64,000 nucleotides of DNA from an uncultured Chloroflexia bacterium (lineage in GTDB: Bacteria; Chloroflexota; Limnocylindria; Limnocylindrales; CSP1-4). The notes beneath the pieces are model-generated. The model had not been told where the DNA came from and ran no database searches. It saw nothing but the letters and a program-made list of their open reading frames with translations. Location of the stretch: assembly GCA_963772995.1 (NCBI GenBank), contig CAVYZQ010000004.1:15359-79358 (forward strand). Reading direction: 5' to 3'. A program made the position numbers and the translations under genes. Positions within the stretch are counted from its first letter, which is position 1. Each line of letters starts with the position of its first letter. This document shows, piece after piece, positions 1 through 9,764 of the stretch.

Positions 1-126
1 GTCGTCGTGCGAGAACCCGTAGGTGAACCCGGGGTCCACGACGCCACCCGCGTAGGCCGCGATGCCCACGACCGCCGAAGCGGCGAGGATCGCCAGCGCC
101 AGCAGGGTGAGGCGAATCGACTTCAT
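1..126 (-). CDS. 5' end of a secreted/membrane protein gene that runs off the left edge (partial)
   Basis: Reverse-strand ATG at 126-124, then MKSIRLTLLALAILAASAVVGIAAYAGGVVDPGFTYGFSHDD. This is a basic n-region plus hydrophobic core, like a signal peptide or TM anchor. It is missing from the ORF track only because no stop lies inside the window. Confidence 0.45.
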   Translation of the reverse strand, partial: MKSIRLTLLALAILAASAVVGIAAYAGGVVDPGFTYGFSHDD

Positions 127-216
127 GCCGTGGACGCTAGCATCGCGACGACCGACTGAAACGACGGCAAAACCCGCCGGCAGCTCGCGCACACTCGCGC
201 GACGGAGCGCGAGGTC

Positions 217-411
217 GTGGTCGTCACCGCGGTCCTCGTTGCTGGATCGAAGAAGGCAGCCGCCCACCGCCTCGGCCTGTCGCACTCGACGGTGAAGCAC
301 CACCTGGCGAATGCGCGGTTGAAGATGGGGGCCGCGAACACTGCCCAGCTCGTGTGGATCCTGGCGCGGTGGCTGCCCGAAGCCCGACGGCCTGCCCGGA
401 CGGACGAGTAG
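217..411 (+). CDS. Small LuxR/GerE-type HTH transcriptional regulator
   Basis: ORF 217..411 reads ...TEREVVVVTAVLVAGSKKAAAHRLGLSHSTVKHHLANARLKMGAANTAQLV, matching the GerE/LuxR C-terminal HTH pattern. The frame is open from 160, so the true start is uncertain. Confidence 0.7.
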   Translation: MVVTAVLVAGSKKAAAHRLGLSHSTVKHHLANARLKMGAANTAQLVWILARWLPEARRPARTDE

Positions 412-519
412 CGAGCTGGACGACTTGACCGACAGCCCGTGAGCGAACTCCGTCTATGCTGGAACCAGCATCTGCGGGACGAACGTCCTATATGCACGGA
501 CGGATCCACGAGGCCCACG

Positions 520-930
520 ATGCCCAAGCGCGTGATTATCGCTGCGGTAGCAGTTCTGCTGGCCGGGGCTTGCGGCACTTCAGGTGCGGGACCATCGGCG
601 CGGACGCTTGGTGCGAATGAGTACGCCTTGCCGTCCGACCCGAGCCTCGTGCTGGGCCCAGACGCCACACCCCTCGCTTGCGCCGGCGTCGGTCTGGACG
701 CCGTGCTGGTCGGCAGCGCAAGCGATCCCCGGTACGTCTGGCTCTCTGACGCGCTGACCGGCCGCCGCATCGAGCTCGTGTGGCCCTCGGGCTTCACCGC
801 TCGCTTCGATCAGGGCACCGCGTTCGACGTACGCAATGCCGCCGGCAGGGTGGCCATCGTCGGCGGGTCCCACGTGAACGGCGCGTGCGTCGGTGCGGAC
901 GCGTACTGGCTGGACACCGAGGTCCAGTAG
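520..930 (+). CDS. Putative lipoprotein, function unknown
   Basis: Internal ATG at 520 of ORF 439..930 gives MPKRVIIAAVAVLLAGACGTSG, a signal peptide with an LAGAC lipobox. Confidence 0.6.
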   Translation: MPKRVIIAAVAVLLAGACGTSGAGPSARTLGANEYALPSDPSLVLGPDATPLACAGVGLDAVLVGSASDPRYVWLSDALTGRRIELVWPSGFTARFDQGTAFDVRNAAGRVAIVGGSHVNGACVGADAYWLDTEVQ

Positions 931-931
931 A

Positions 932-2276
932 GTGCGACGACTTCTCGGACTGGCGGCGGTCGCGGCCCTGCTCGCCTCGTGCTCCTCGACTGCACCAGCC
1001 GCGCCATCCAGCACCTCAGGTACGCCGATGGCGTCGCCCACGGCGAGTGTGCCCGGGCAGCCCTCGACAGCGCCCGCCAGTGGCTCGGTCGCGCCCACAC
1101 GCCAATCGCCAGACGCGACGTTCCCATCGAAGGTCGCCGGCCTGTCGGTGATCAGCGTTGCCGATGCCGTCGACACTGCTGCAGTCGGGCAAGCTCGACG
1201 GCCAGGCCGTCGCAGTCGCGGGCTACTTCAACGAGTTCACGCCGTCGTGCCCGCCTGTGGTGCGGTATGTCGGTCCGCTCGAGGGCTGGTGTCACTACAC
1301 GGCCCTCACGGACACACGCGACAGCGCGCGCCTGTGCCAGGCAGAGGGCGCCAATGGCACCCGTTGCGGCCTCCCGTCAGGAACCTACCTTGCCCCCTTC
1401 TTCATGCCCGAGACCAGCGGGGACGTGCACCCCTCGCCGACCGGGCAGGACCCCGTGGATGTCGTGCTCATCGGCCACGCCGGCGACGCTCGGCAATGGC
1501 AATGCACCAGTGCGACCCAGGCCGAGTGTGCGAACGCCTTCGTCGTCGACCGGATCGCTTGGGCGGAGGGTCACGACGTTCCGCCGGCGGCTCCCGAGAC
1601 CGGCGACCAGCAGACCGGCAAAGTGATCACGGCCCGGATGACCCTCGCGCAGGTCGCGGCGGCCGCCGGGCTCGGCGACGACCTGCTGACCGGGGCGGCG
1701 TTCCGGAAGGGCGACATCGCCACCATCGACCCGCGCTGGAATTTCGCCGGTGACGACATCGTGTGGCTGGTGCGCTCGCTCGGGCAGGGCGGGGCGTCGG
1801 GGGCAGGCGAAACACGCCCCGAGACGGTCTGGCTCGTCGACGACGCCACCGGCAAGGTCATCGACAGCCACCCCCTCCAGCTGGATGCGAGCTACCAGCC
1901 AGCACGGTTGTGGCAGATGGTCACCGCCCACGGGGTCGAGTGCTGCCTGGGCGACGTGCTCGCCTTCTACCGGGTGGCGTCTGGCGACGGCACCGTGGTC
2001 TACGAGGGCATGGTGCCCGGCGGCTCGTCGGGGGGAACGGACTCGACCACATTCGGTGGCAGTTACGGCTCGGGACCGCTCGTCCTGCCAGCTGGTGGGT
2101 ACTCGATCACCGCCTGGCTGGCACCGTACAGCGGCGGCGTCGCGGGCGCGCCCCGTGGCGAGTGTTCCACCCAGGTCTTGCTCCGGCCGCTCGACGACGT
2201 CGCGCTCAACGCCGACTTCCCACCCAACAAGGCGTGCACCTTCGGGCCGGCGCCCTCGCCGTCGCCCGAGCCATAG
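932..2276 (+). CDS. Putative lipoprotein, function unknown (1 frameshift)
   Basis: GTG at 932 gives VRRLLGLAAVAALLASCSS (lipobox) in the frame of ORF 893..1753. The body is ORF 1158..2276. The two frames join near 1176 (...SVISVADAVD / TLLQSGKLDGQAVAVAGYF...). Confidence 0.55.
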
Positions 2277-2284
2277 GGCCCGAC

Positions 2285-3166
2285 ATGGCGCGGAGAGCGA
2301 CGGGGCGCTACGCCCTCGTGCTGCTGGTCACGATGGCCATGGCTGGATGCGCCTTCGCGCCCGGGGCCACCGACCCGGCCGCTGCCCATCAGCGGGCACA
2401 AGAGGTGCTCTCGGCGTGGGCGGCCGCGGTGACCGCCGCCGGTGAGCACGCTGCGGTCACGCCGGTCGGCGAGCTGACAGGCCAGATCGGCGACTGGGAG
2501 GAGGCCGTGGGCGACAACAACAAGCGCGCGCTCATGGCCGGGATGGTCGCGTCCAATAGCCCCCTGTCCGAGGAGGCGCCGCCGGACGGCGAGGTGACCT
2601 GGCAGGACGGCACGACGACCAAGGTACCCCTGCTCTCGGCGCAGGACGCCATCGTCGCGATCGAGTCGACAACCGAGGCGCCCTGCTCCGACTGCACGAT
2701 GCTCCTGGTGACGGCCGCCGAGCTGACGTCCGGGCCGATCCAGACCTCGCGCGGACCGGCGACGGCACCGATATGGGCGTTCACCATGCAGGGCACGGCT
2801 GTCAAGGTCACGCGCGTCGCGATCGCCAATCCTGTCGTCGTCGCTCCCGACGAAGTCGGCTCGCAGCTGGGGCTGGCGATCGACTCGGCCAGCGGGTCGG
2901 TCGGCGGAACCGAGCTCACCGTCGCCTTCGTCGGCGCGCCCGATCCGGGGGACAAGCCGTGCGGTGAGGACTACACGGCGGAGGCCGTCGAGTCCGATCT
3001 CGCGGTCGTGGTCATCGTCACGCGGCATCCCCACGTGACGATCGGCGCATGTTCGGCCGTTGGGGCGCGCCGCACGGCGACGGCCACGCTGGCCGCCCCG
3101 CTCGGCGATCGGGTCGTGCTCGACCTGCAGACGGGAACCCCTGTCCCCGTCGTGCTTGCGCCCTGA
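2285..3166 (+). CDS. Putative lipoprotein, function unknown
   Basis: ATG at 2285 inside ORF 1763..3166 gives MARRATGRYALVLLVTMAMAGCAF, a signal peptide plus lipobox. The upstream part of the listed ORF is read-through. Confidence 0.6.
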   Translation: MARRATGRYALVLLVTMAMAGCAFAPGATDPAAAHQRAQEVLSAWAAAVTAAGEHAAVTPVGELTGQIGDWEEAVGDNNKRALMAGMVASNSPLSEEAPPDGEVTWQDGTTTKVPLLSAQDAIVAIESTTEAPCSDCTMLLVTAAELTSGPIQTSRGPATAPIWAFTMQGTAVKVTRVAIANPVVVAPDEVGSQLGLAIDSASGSVGGTELTVAFVGAPDPGDKPCGEDYTAEAVESDLAVVVIVTRHPHVTIGACSAVGARRTATATLAAPLGDRVVLDLQTGTPVPVVLAP

Positions 3167-3217
3167 TGCCTACGACGAAAGCGCAGGTACAGGGCTCCAG
3201 ATGTGGTGACGGTCGTC

Positions 3218-3586
3218 TCAGCGCCGGCCTATGAGCGAGAGCGCGATGGTCACGAGTCCGAACCCGAACACGGCAACTGCGAACAGCACCAGCGGCAACG
3301 GATCCGCGCCGCCGCAGCGATCGTCGAGGCAGGCCAGGGTGGTGTTGATCGCACCGTAGACGTAGACCCCGCCAGAGCCGACGAGAGCACCGGCTGCGAG
3401 CGCACTCCGCCGCGAGTCCCGCCTGATCAGACCCGCCGCGGCGAGAACGAGCACCGCGACGATCAGGGCGATCGAGACGACGGGCAGGAACGAGACGAGC
3501 AGGCCGAGCAGGACCCCGACGCCGACGGCGACCAAGAAGTCGCCCCAGGTCCAAACGGGGGACGCGACCTGACGTGACTCACCCAC
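3218..3586 (-). CDS. Small integral membrane protein, function unknown
   Basis: ORF 3218..3586 (122 aa) has about four hydrophobic segments (FLVAVGVGVLLGLLVSFLPVVSIALIVAVLVLAAAGLI..., LVLFAVAVFGFGLVTIALSLI). Confidence 0.5.
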   Translation of the reverse strand: MGESRQVASPVWTWGDFLVAVGVGVLLGLLVSFLPVVSIALIVAVLVLAAAGLIRRDSRRSALAAGALVGSGGVYVYGAINTTLACLDDRCGGADPLPLVLFAVAVFGFGLVTIALSLIGRR

Positions 3587-3725
3587 CGCGGCGTTCTTCC
3601 ATCATCTCATCGCCGGTAGTACGCCTCGTCGTCAGGGCACTAGCGCTGGAACTCCATGAGAGACCGGGAAAAGGCGGGCGAGCCGCCCCTCCATCTTGTG
3701 CCTACATGCGCTCGCGACACAAGGA

Positions 3726-5474
3726 TCAGCCCTGTAAAGCAACCGCCGGCGCTGAGCCCCGACCGAGCCGACAACCTGACGACATGGCCCAATCGGCGCT
3801 TGACGGCACTGAACCCCCGTCCCACGCGCAGAACGTGCTGCAGTCGCCGGTCGCGGTGGCGCTCGGGGCATCGGGTGAGGTCACACTGGCCGAGGGGTTC
3901 GCTGTCGTGGCCGCTCGGGTATCCAAATTCGAGATGCGCGACCACAATCGCTGCATGAGCAGTAGCCGGACTTCAATGACTGGCGCACTCTTCGCCGCGG
4001 TTGCCCTCAGCGTCTCGGCCTGTGTCGGCTCGTCTAGCGTCCCGACTGCGTCGATGGGGTCAGGTCGCCCAGCTCGGATCGGCAGGCAGCCTCCGGCCAG
4101 GACGCACATCAGCGGCACGAGGTATGCGTGGTAGCGCGGCTGGACCTCCAGCACGGTGTGGGCGGCCGCGCTCGCGAGGAAGATCAGCAAGATGAGCAGC
4201 ACCGTCGATCCGATCGTCCGCTGACGGAGCAGGCTTACGGCCGCCATCAGCACCACCATGGCGTAGGCCGCCTGCGACGCAACGCGCAGCAGCGGGGGAA
4301 CCGAAGGTGCCATCAGCGCCGCTGCGGGAGCCTTTGGATTGAACGGCCACTGCACCCCGTAGTTGTCGGTCGCCCACATGCGGCGGACCTTGCGGACCGC
4401 GAGGAACGCCACGCCAAGAGGATCATCGCGGATGTGCGCGACCGCCAGGCTCATCGCCCGCTTGTCGAACTCGATCGACCCCGGCTGCCCACCGACGGCC
4501 TTGGCCAGCTCCGGATCGAAGCCGCCCTCGTTGCCCGTCGCCGTCCCGACAAGCAGGCTCCAGCCCTGCCAGTGCGAGGTCGAGACCGACACTTCTCCCT
4601 GGGTCTCCAGGTTGTGGGCGATCACCGGGGCGAGCACGACGACAAACGATATGACGAGTGCCACGGCCACCCGACCGAGGCGCGCCGGGCGACCCGACTG
4701 CAGGATCGCGGCGGCAAGGAACGCAGCGACGAAGGCGGGCGTTTCGGCCCTCACGTACTGGCCCGCGCCGAGAAGGGCGCCGGCAGCAGCGCCCGCGAGC
4801 AATCCGATCCAGCCAAACCGGACGACGGCCCATACGGCTGCAGCGAGCAGGGTGGCGTACAGGGCCTCCGAGCCGAGCACGACGATGTACAGGACCTGCG
4901 CAGGCGCGATCGCATAGAGCCATAGCGCGAGAGCCGCCTCGCGCTGGCCGAAGGTGCGAAGCCCGATGTCGTACACGAGCCATCCCGTCACGACGGCCAT
5001 GGAGAGGCACATCAATTCGCCAACGACTGGGTTCGGCCCGAAGATGGCGTAGCCGACGCCGAGGACGGCCGGCCACCCGGGCGGCCGATCGTGCCAGACG
5101 GGCCCGAGCGCCGTGAACTCGATCGCCAGCCGATGGTAGGTGTGGAAATCCGAGAACACCGGTGACGGGATCAGCGCAACCGCGACGAGGCGCGACACGG
5201 CGAGGACGGCGAGGCCCGTGGCGAGGGGATGTGAGCGCAACGGCGCAGGCTGGATGATGCCAAGGGCCGTCAGACCCACCACGGCTGCCAGCGTGATCGC
5301 TACCGGAATGATCCCGGCGGCGCGTCCGGCCAGCAGCATCTCGTACCCGAGCACCACGGTGGCCGCCAGCGCAACGCCCGCGAAGAAGACGAGCCCGAGG
5401 GCCCAGACGACCCGCCGGGCGAGCCGGGCCAACCGGCCGACGGGCTGCCTCCAGGAAGGGGCGCCGATCCTCAC
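3726..5474 (-). CDS. Polytopic membrane glycosyltransferase, GT39/GT83 (PMT_2 / ArnT-like) type
   Basis: ORF 3726..5735 has many TM helices and family-typical stretches (FSDFHTYHRLAIEF, PPGWPAVLGVGYAIFG, EALYATLLAAAVWAV, EVQPRYHAYLVPLMCVLA). The likely start is GTG 5474 (VRIGAPSWRQPVGRL). The roughly 120 aa after YLVPLMCVLAGG are not protein-like, so the 3' end is uncertain. Confidence 0.65.
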   Translation of the reverse strand: MRIGAPSWRQPVGRLARLARRVVWALGLVFFAGVALAATVVLGYEMLLAGRAAGIIPVAITLAAVVGLTALGIIQPAPLRSHPLATGLAVLAVSRLVAVALIPSPVFSDFHTYHRLAIEFTALGPVWHDRPPGWPAVLGVGYAIFGPNPVVGELMCLSMAVVTGWLVYDIGLRTFGQREAALALWLYAIAPAQVLYIVVLGSEALYATLLAAAVWAVVRFGWIGLLAGAAAGALLGAGQYVRAETPAFVAAFLAAAILQSGRPARLGRVAVALVISFVVVLAPVIAHNLETQGEVSVSTSHWQGWSLLVGTATGNEGGFDPELAKAVGGQPGSIEFDKRAMSLAVAHIRDDPLGVAFLAVRKVRRMWATDNYGVQWPFNPKAPAAALMAPSVPPLLRVASQAAYAMVVLMAAVSLLRQRTIGSTVLLILLIFLASAAAHTVLEVQPRYHAYLVPLMCVLAGGCLPIRAGRPDPIDAVGTLDEPTQAETLRATAAKSAPVIEVRLLLMQRLWSRISNLDTRAATTANPSASVTSPDAPSATATGDCSTFCAWDGGSVPSSADWAMSSGCRLGRGSAPAVALQG

Positions 5475-5737
5475 GCGTCGACGAGCATGACGAGGAGGGC
5501 GTTCGGCAGTCCGGCTGGCGGCCGCAGGGACTCGATGGGCGGGAAAGAGGCGTCCCGGGCGTTCGCGGCGGAAGTCGACCGCACCGAGGGCGGCGCGTTC
5601 GAGGGGATCCGCGCGGACGACGTGTCCACGCCGACGGACATCGGGGTGGCACTGGCCGATGAGGACGATCCCGCCGGAGCCGAGCAGCCCACCACCAGGC
5701 CGATGCACAGGAGGGACGCGCCCTCGGTCCGCCACAT
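5471..5737 (-). CDS. Small Ser/Ala/Pro-rich putative lipoprotein, translationally coupled to the PMT-like glycosyltransferase
   Basis: ATG at 5737 inside ORF 5471..5818 gives MWRTEGASLLCIGLVVGCSAPAGSSSSASATP... (VVGC lipobox). Third codon positions are almost all G/C. Its TGA (5471-5473) overlaps GTG 5474-5472 of the next gene (GTGA). Confidence 0.4.
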   Translation of the reverse strand: MWRTEGASLLCIGLVVGCSAPAGSSSSASATPMSVGVDTSSARIPSNAPPSVRSTSAANARDASFPPIESLRPPAGLPNALLVMLVDA

Positions 5738-6103
5738 GACGACGCCTCCGATCGCGCGATGCCGTATCGGGAACGATGACCGGCCCGGCCTACGTCGCCA
5801 AGAGTCGTTGGTCACCAATCAATCGGAGCGGAGGCCCGCGGACGCGCGCTGGTGACCGTGCCGCGACATCGGCCGGATGGGGCGGCCGCGGCCACCACAC
5901 GTCGCTAGCCTGCTGGCGCCCAGCTGATGTCAGCGGTGGACAATCGCAACCACGGGTGTGCAGGATCAACCATGAGCCTGGGTGGCAGCAACGGCATCCG
6001 CCACCGATACTGGCGTGCGCTCAACGTGCGGCAGCCAATCTTGCCATTGCCCAGCAGCCATTGACCGACGCCCTCGCCCGCGAGGATCCATCAGGACGAC
6101 GGC

Positions 6104-6391
6104 GTGATGCGACGGTTCGTCAACGACGACGCGGGCTACGTCACCTGGCTCGCCGGCCATCCGCACGGGTACGTGCTCAACACCCCCACGGGGCATTCCT
6201 GTCTGCCGTCGCCAAGTCGCCCCTTGGCCTCCTGGCACAGGTTGGAACCGAGCGTCAGGTTCCGCAACTCGGGGCGCGACAGTCCGCTTTCAACGTCTGC
6301 CTTGGCTTCCCACCTGGTCACAGCGAGCGTGTCGCCACCGACCCGGCCCGTCGACGACGGCCGGTTCGATGCCGAGAACGACTGGCCGTGA
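6104..6391 (+). CDS. Possible small hypothetical protein (weak)
   Basis: ORF 6104..6391 starts MMRRFVNDDAGYVTWLAGHPHGYVLNT, which looks protein-like. The remainder is low-complexity and may be frameshifted. Confidence 0.2.
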   Translation: MMRRFVNDDAGYVTWLAGHPHGYVLNTPTGHSCLPSPSRPLASWHRLEPSVRFRNSGRDSPLSTSALASHLVTASVSPPTRPVDDGRFDAENDWP

Positions 6392-6409
6392 CCGCGATGC
6401 GTAGAGGAC

Positions 6410-6828
6410 GTGATCGACCTTCCGAGGTCGCAGGAAGGCGTGACCCTCGTGGTGGTCGAGACGCCGCGCGACTCCGGCAACAACCTCAAGTACGACCCCG
6501 AGCTCGGGTCATCCAGGCTCGACCGCGCGCTGCCGGCCGCCATGACGATCCCGGTCGCCTTCCGGTTTTCATCCCGCAGACCGTCGCCGAGGATGGCGAC
6601 CCCCTCGACGCGATCGTCCCGCTCGATTTACCGATCTATCCGGGTTGCGCCGTACCGGCTCGGCTCATCGGCAACCTGAAGGCGGAACAGCGCGAGGCCG
6701 ACTCGACCGAGTGGAAGCGCAACGACCGGCTTCTCGCGGTGGCGACCCCGACCCGGTCCACGCCATGCGGACGGCGACGCGCCGGTATCGGACCGCTGCC
6801 GCGAAAGGCCGTCACGACTCGCCGGTAG
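6410..6828 (+). pseudogene. ppa: Inorganic pyrophosphatase (family I), frameshifted and 3'-truncated
   Basis: ORF 6410..6679 reads VVVETPRDSGNNLKYDPELG..RLDRALPAAM. After a shift at the T-run 6566-6569 the frame of ORF 5776..6828 reads FIPQTVAEDGDPLDAIVPLDLPIYPGCAVPARLIGNLK...RNDRLLAV. Family-like sequence stops near 6750. The converging ROK gene ends at 6812, so about 40-50 C-terminal residues are missing. Confidence 0.6.
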
Positions 6829-7798
6829 CCTCCATCGCCAGGGCCAGTGCCCCGTAGAGCCCCGCACGCTCTCCGTGCATCCCCGTGACCAGGACGAGCC
6901 CGTCGCGGTGGACCGCGTAGATGTGCCGCCGCATCTCGGCCTCGACGCGGGGCAGCAGCAGGTCTGCCTGGGCCATGATCACGCCGCCGCCCCACACGAC
7001 GGCCTGCGGGTTGAGGACCTGGACGACGCTGGCCGTCATGACGCCGAGGTATCGGCCGGCGTCGTCGATGATCTGGGTGCACGCCGGATCCCCCGCGCGC
7101 GCGGCGTCGAAGACGAGTCTCGTCGTGACCTGGGTTGCGTCGCCCCCTGCGAGCTGCTCGAGCGCCGGAGACTGGTGCTGCACGAAGGTCGCGGCGCCGC
7201 GGCGGGCGATCGCCGGTCCTGAGGCCACCGCCTCCACACAACCGACGTTCCCGCACGGGCAGATCGGCCCGTCGGGGAACACGCACATGTGGCCCACCTC
7301 GCCGGCCACGCCCTGCCAGCCGCGGTAGATCCTGCCGTCGATGATGACGCCGCCGCCGATCCCGGTGCTCACGGTGATGAAGACCTGATCCCGAAAACCG
7401 GCGCCCGCCCCGAATCGTGCCTCGCCGATGCCCGCGCAGTTCGCGTCGTCGTCCATGACGACCGGGATCCCGCCCAGCTCGGCACTGAACCGCTCGACGA
7501 ACGGGTAGTCGAACCAGCCCACGTTGTGCGACGAAAGGACGACGCCGTGCTCGAGGTCGTTCGGTCCAGGGATGCTCGCGCCGATGCCGGCCAGCGGGGT
7601 GCCCGAAAGTCCGAGGTCGGCCTGCCCGTCGCGGATGGCCTGTGCCATCCGGCGCATCACGGCGTCGGGACCGTCGTCGCGATCGGTGGCGATCCGACGC
7701 GTCCCGAGGATCTCACCGTCACGGGCGATTCCGGTGGCCACCTTGGTGCCGCCCAGGTCGACCAGCCCGTACAGCTGCCCGCGTCGTGGTTCGTGCAT
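6812..7798 (-). CDS. ROK-family sugar kinase (glucokinase / N-acetylhexosamine kinase type)
   Basis: Intact ORF of 328 aa with LVDLGGTKVATG (ATP-binding), DDDANCAGIGE, ITVSTGIGGGVIIDG, and the ROK zinc motif GHMCVFPDGPICPCGNVGCVE. Confidence 0.9.
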   Translation of the reverse strand: MHEPRRGQLYGLVDLGGTKVATGIARDGEILGTRRIATDRDDGPDAVMRRMAQAIRDGQADLGLSGTPLAGIGASIPGPNDLEHGVVLSSHNVGWFDYPFVERFSAELGGIPVVMDDDANCAGIGEARFGAGAGFRDQVFITVSTGIGGGVIIDGRIYRGWQGVAGEVGHMCVFPDGPICPCGNVGCVEAVASGPAIARRGAATFVQHQSPALEQLAGGDATQVTTRLVFDAARAGDPACTQIIDDAGRYLGVMTASVVQVLNPQAVVWGGGVIMAQADLLLPRVEAEMRRHIYAVHRDGLVLVTGMHGERAGLYGALALAMEATGES

Positions 7799-7850
7799 CT
7801 CGCTCGTTCCCTCCAGGTCGGCGGCTCGGACGGATCCGGCCGACTTCGCT

Positions 7851-8884
7851 TCAGTACGTCCGAATCACCTTGACGAGTCCCGGCGGCCGATCGGGGTCCC
7901 GCCCCCTCGCGCGGGCGGCCGCCTCGGCCACGAGCTGGCCCGGGACCACGAACGTGAGCGGCGTGAGCTCCTCGGGCACGTTTCCGCCGAGGCACAGCGC
8001 ACCGGGTCGGTCGCGAACCTCTGAACCGCCGACGAGCCATCCCGACCCGCCCTGGAGGGAGGCGCCCTCGAGGGCGAGATCCACCGAATCTCCGGCCGGC
8101 CCGTCTGGCCGGATGGCAAGGAGCGGGACGTCGCCCGTCGCCAGCGCAACATACCCGTGGAGGAAGTCCGCGGCCGAGAGGCCGTCCGCGAGGATGCCGC
8201 CGGTCTCGGCGATCTTGAGTGCGGTCTCGCGGGCCGTGGCCAGGTTGTGGCCGCGCGACACCACGAGTGCCCGGTCGGTACCCGCCAGCGCGCTCACGAG
8301 CGAGGCTCCGGCTCCGTGGTCGAGCCAGGCGCGGCCGGCGTCGATCGCCGCGGCGACGTCCGAGGGTGCCCGCTCGAGCCTGCGCCCAGGGCCGCGTCGT
8401 CGGTCCAACCGACCACGATCGCGGCGAGCAACGCGAGCTCGGCCAGGTAGGACTTGGTCGCCGTGATCGCCTCGGCCCCGGCCCGGCAGGGGACCACCAC
8501 GTCCGCGGTGCCGGCCAGCGGGGAGTCCGGGTCGTTCGTGATGGCGATGGTCGGGGTCCCGCTCACCGACGCGTCGGCGACCAGGGTGCAGACATCGGGA
8601 CTCTGCCCCGCCTGCGAGATGCCCAGCACGACCGCCCGGTGCCACGCCATCCGCCGGCCGTAGATCGTGCGGGCTCCTGCGGATGCGTGGAGGACCGGGA
8701 TGCCGATCCGAGTCTCGATGAGCGACCGCGCATACAGGCCGGCGTATGCCGAGGATCCGCGCGCGGCGATCACGACGATGTCCGGCGCCGCCCCGCGGAT
8801 GAGCTCGACCGCCTCGGCGATCTCGGATCGACCGCGGAGACAGCGCTCGAGGACGGCCGGCTGTTCCTCGATCTCGCCGAGCAT
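7851..8884 (-). CDS. Two-SIS-domain sugar-phosphate isomerase/deaminase (GlmS C-terminal-like; FrlB or NagB-II/GlmD class), 1 frameshift
   Basis: N-terminal half is ORF 8294..8884 (MLGEIEEQPAVLERCL..., VVIAARGSSAYAGLY, VLGISQAGQSPD, TIAITND). C-terminal half is the 3' part of ORF 7851..9764 (VVSRGHNLATARETALKIAETGG...EELTPLTFVVPGQLVAEAAA). The frames join near 8390. Confidence 0.8.
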
Positions 8885-8932
8885 CCGGCTCGCGGCGGAC
8901 TTCCGATGACGGCGTCGTCCACGATCGAGACC

Positions 8933-9764
8933 CTATCTGCCGTCGAGACCGTCGAGGCCGTCGACACGCCATGCGAACCCGCCCCCAGAGCACCGGGTTT
9001 CGCGCGGGGAAGAGGTCCGGATCGATGATCCAGTCGAACATCGAGGGTTCCTCGAGGTAGTCGCGATAGAGCGGACGGTCCCGGCGACGGCCCCGACCAA
9101 TCCGTGGCCGGTGACCGCTGGAGGTCCGGCACCTCCGTGTATGCCGGGTTCCGGCGGGCACCACCATCGACGTCGATGTAGTAGGCCATGCCGTGGGCAG
9201 CCCGCACGTCGCTGTAGTTCGAGGGTAAGCTGACCGGCGACGACCCGGCGGTCGATGACATCGCTGAAGACGACCGGGTCGCCGACGAGGTTGACGGTCG
9301 CGTGGGACAGAAGCGGAGGAAGGACGATGCGATCGCCCGGCCGGGTCGTCACAAGCGCCGCGAAGGTGCTGCGCGGTCCCGGCAGCAGATCCTGGACGAT
9401 GAAGCCGACCGTCCCCTCGAGGATCTCGATGACCTTGGCCAGGCCGAAGACGGCCGGGCGCCGGCCGCGCGTGCGCATGCCCGAATGTCTTCGCCCGCTC
9501 CCAGCCGACCGACCGGTCGGGCAGGTACGTGAGGTCGTAGCATAGCCGCGGGTCTGCTCTTTCCGCGTCTGCCTCCCGGACCATGCCGTTGAGCATCCAG
9601 TACTGGATCCGTCGCGCGCCGGGCGAGACCGCGGTCGCTGAGACGGGGGCCATCGCGCCGAGCCGACGGGCTGCCCGCTCGAAGACCCGGATGCCCGGCG
9701 CCACGGCCGGGCGCCCGCGGCTCAGCCCGATCTCGAGGCCGGCCGGGACGCTGAACCGTTTCAC
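8933..9764 (-). CDS. Cupin-type glucose-6-phosphate isomerase family protein (at least 3 frameshifts)
   Basis: Three reverse frames carry the pieces: CYDLTYLPDRSVGWERAKTFGH; FGLAKVIEILEGTVGFIVQD...TTRPGDRIVLPPLLSHATVNL; SNYSDVRAAHGMAYYIDVDGG; RPLYRDYLEEPSMFDWIIDPDLF. The pattern matches archaeal-type cPGI cupins. The 3' end is uncertain. Confidence 0.6.

Noticed and set aside
3955-4134. + strand ORF with a lipoprotein-like start (MTGALFAAVALSVSACVGSSS)
   Set aside because: It would be only about 50 aa long. It runs antisense into conserved TM segments of the glycosyltransferase and has no downstream continuation. It may nevertheless indicate that the glycosyltransferase's 3' tail is mis-called.
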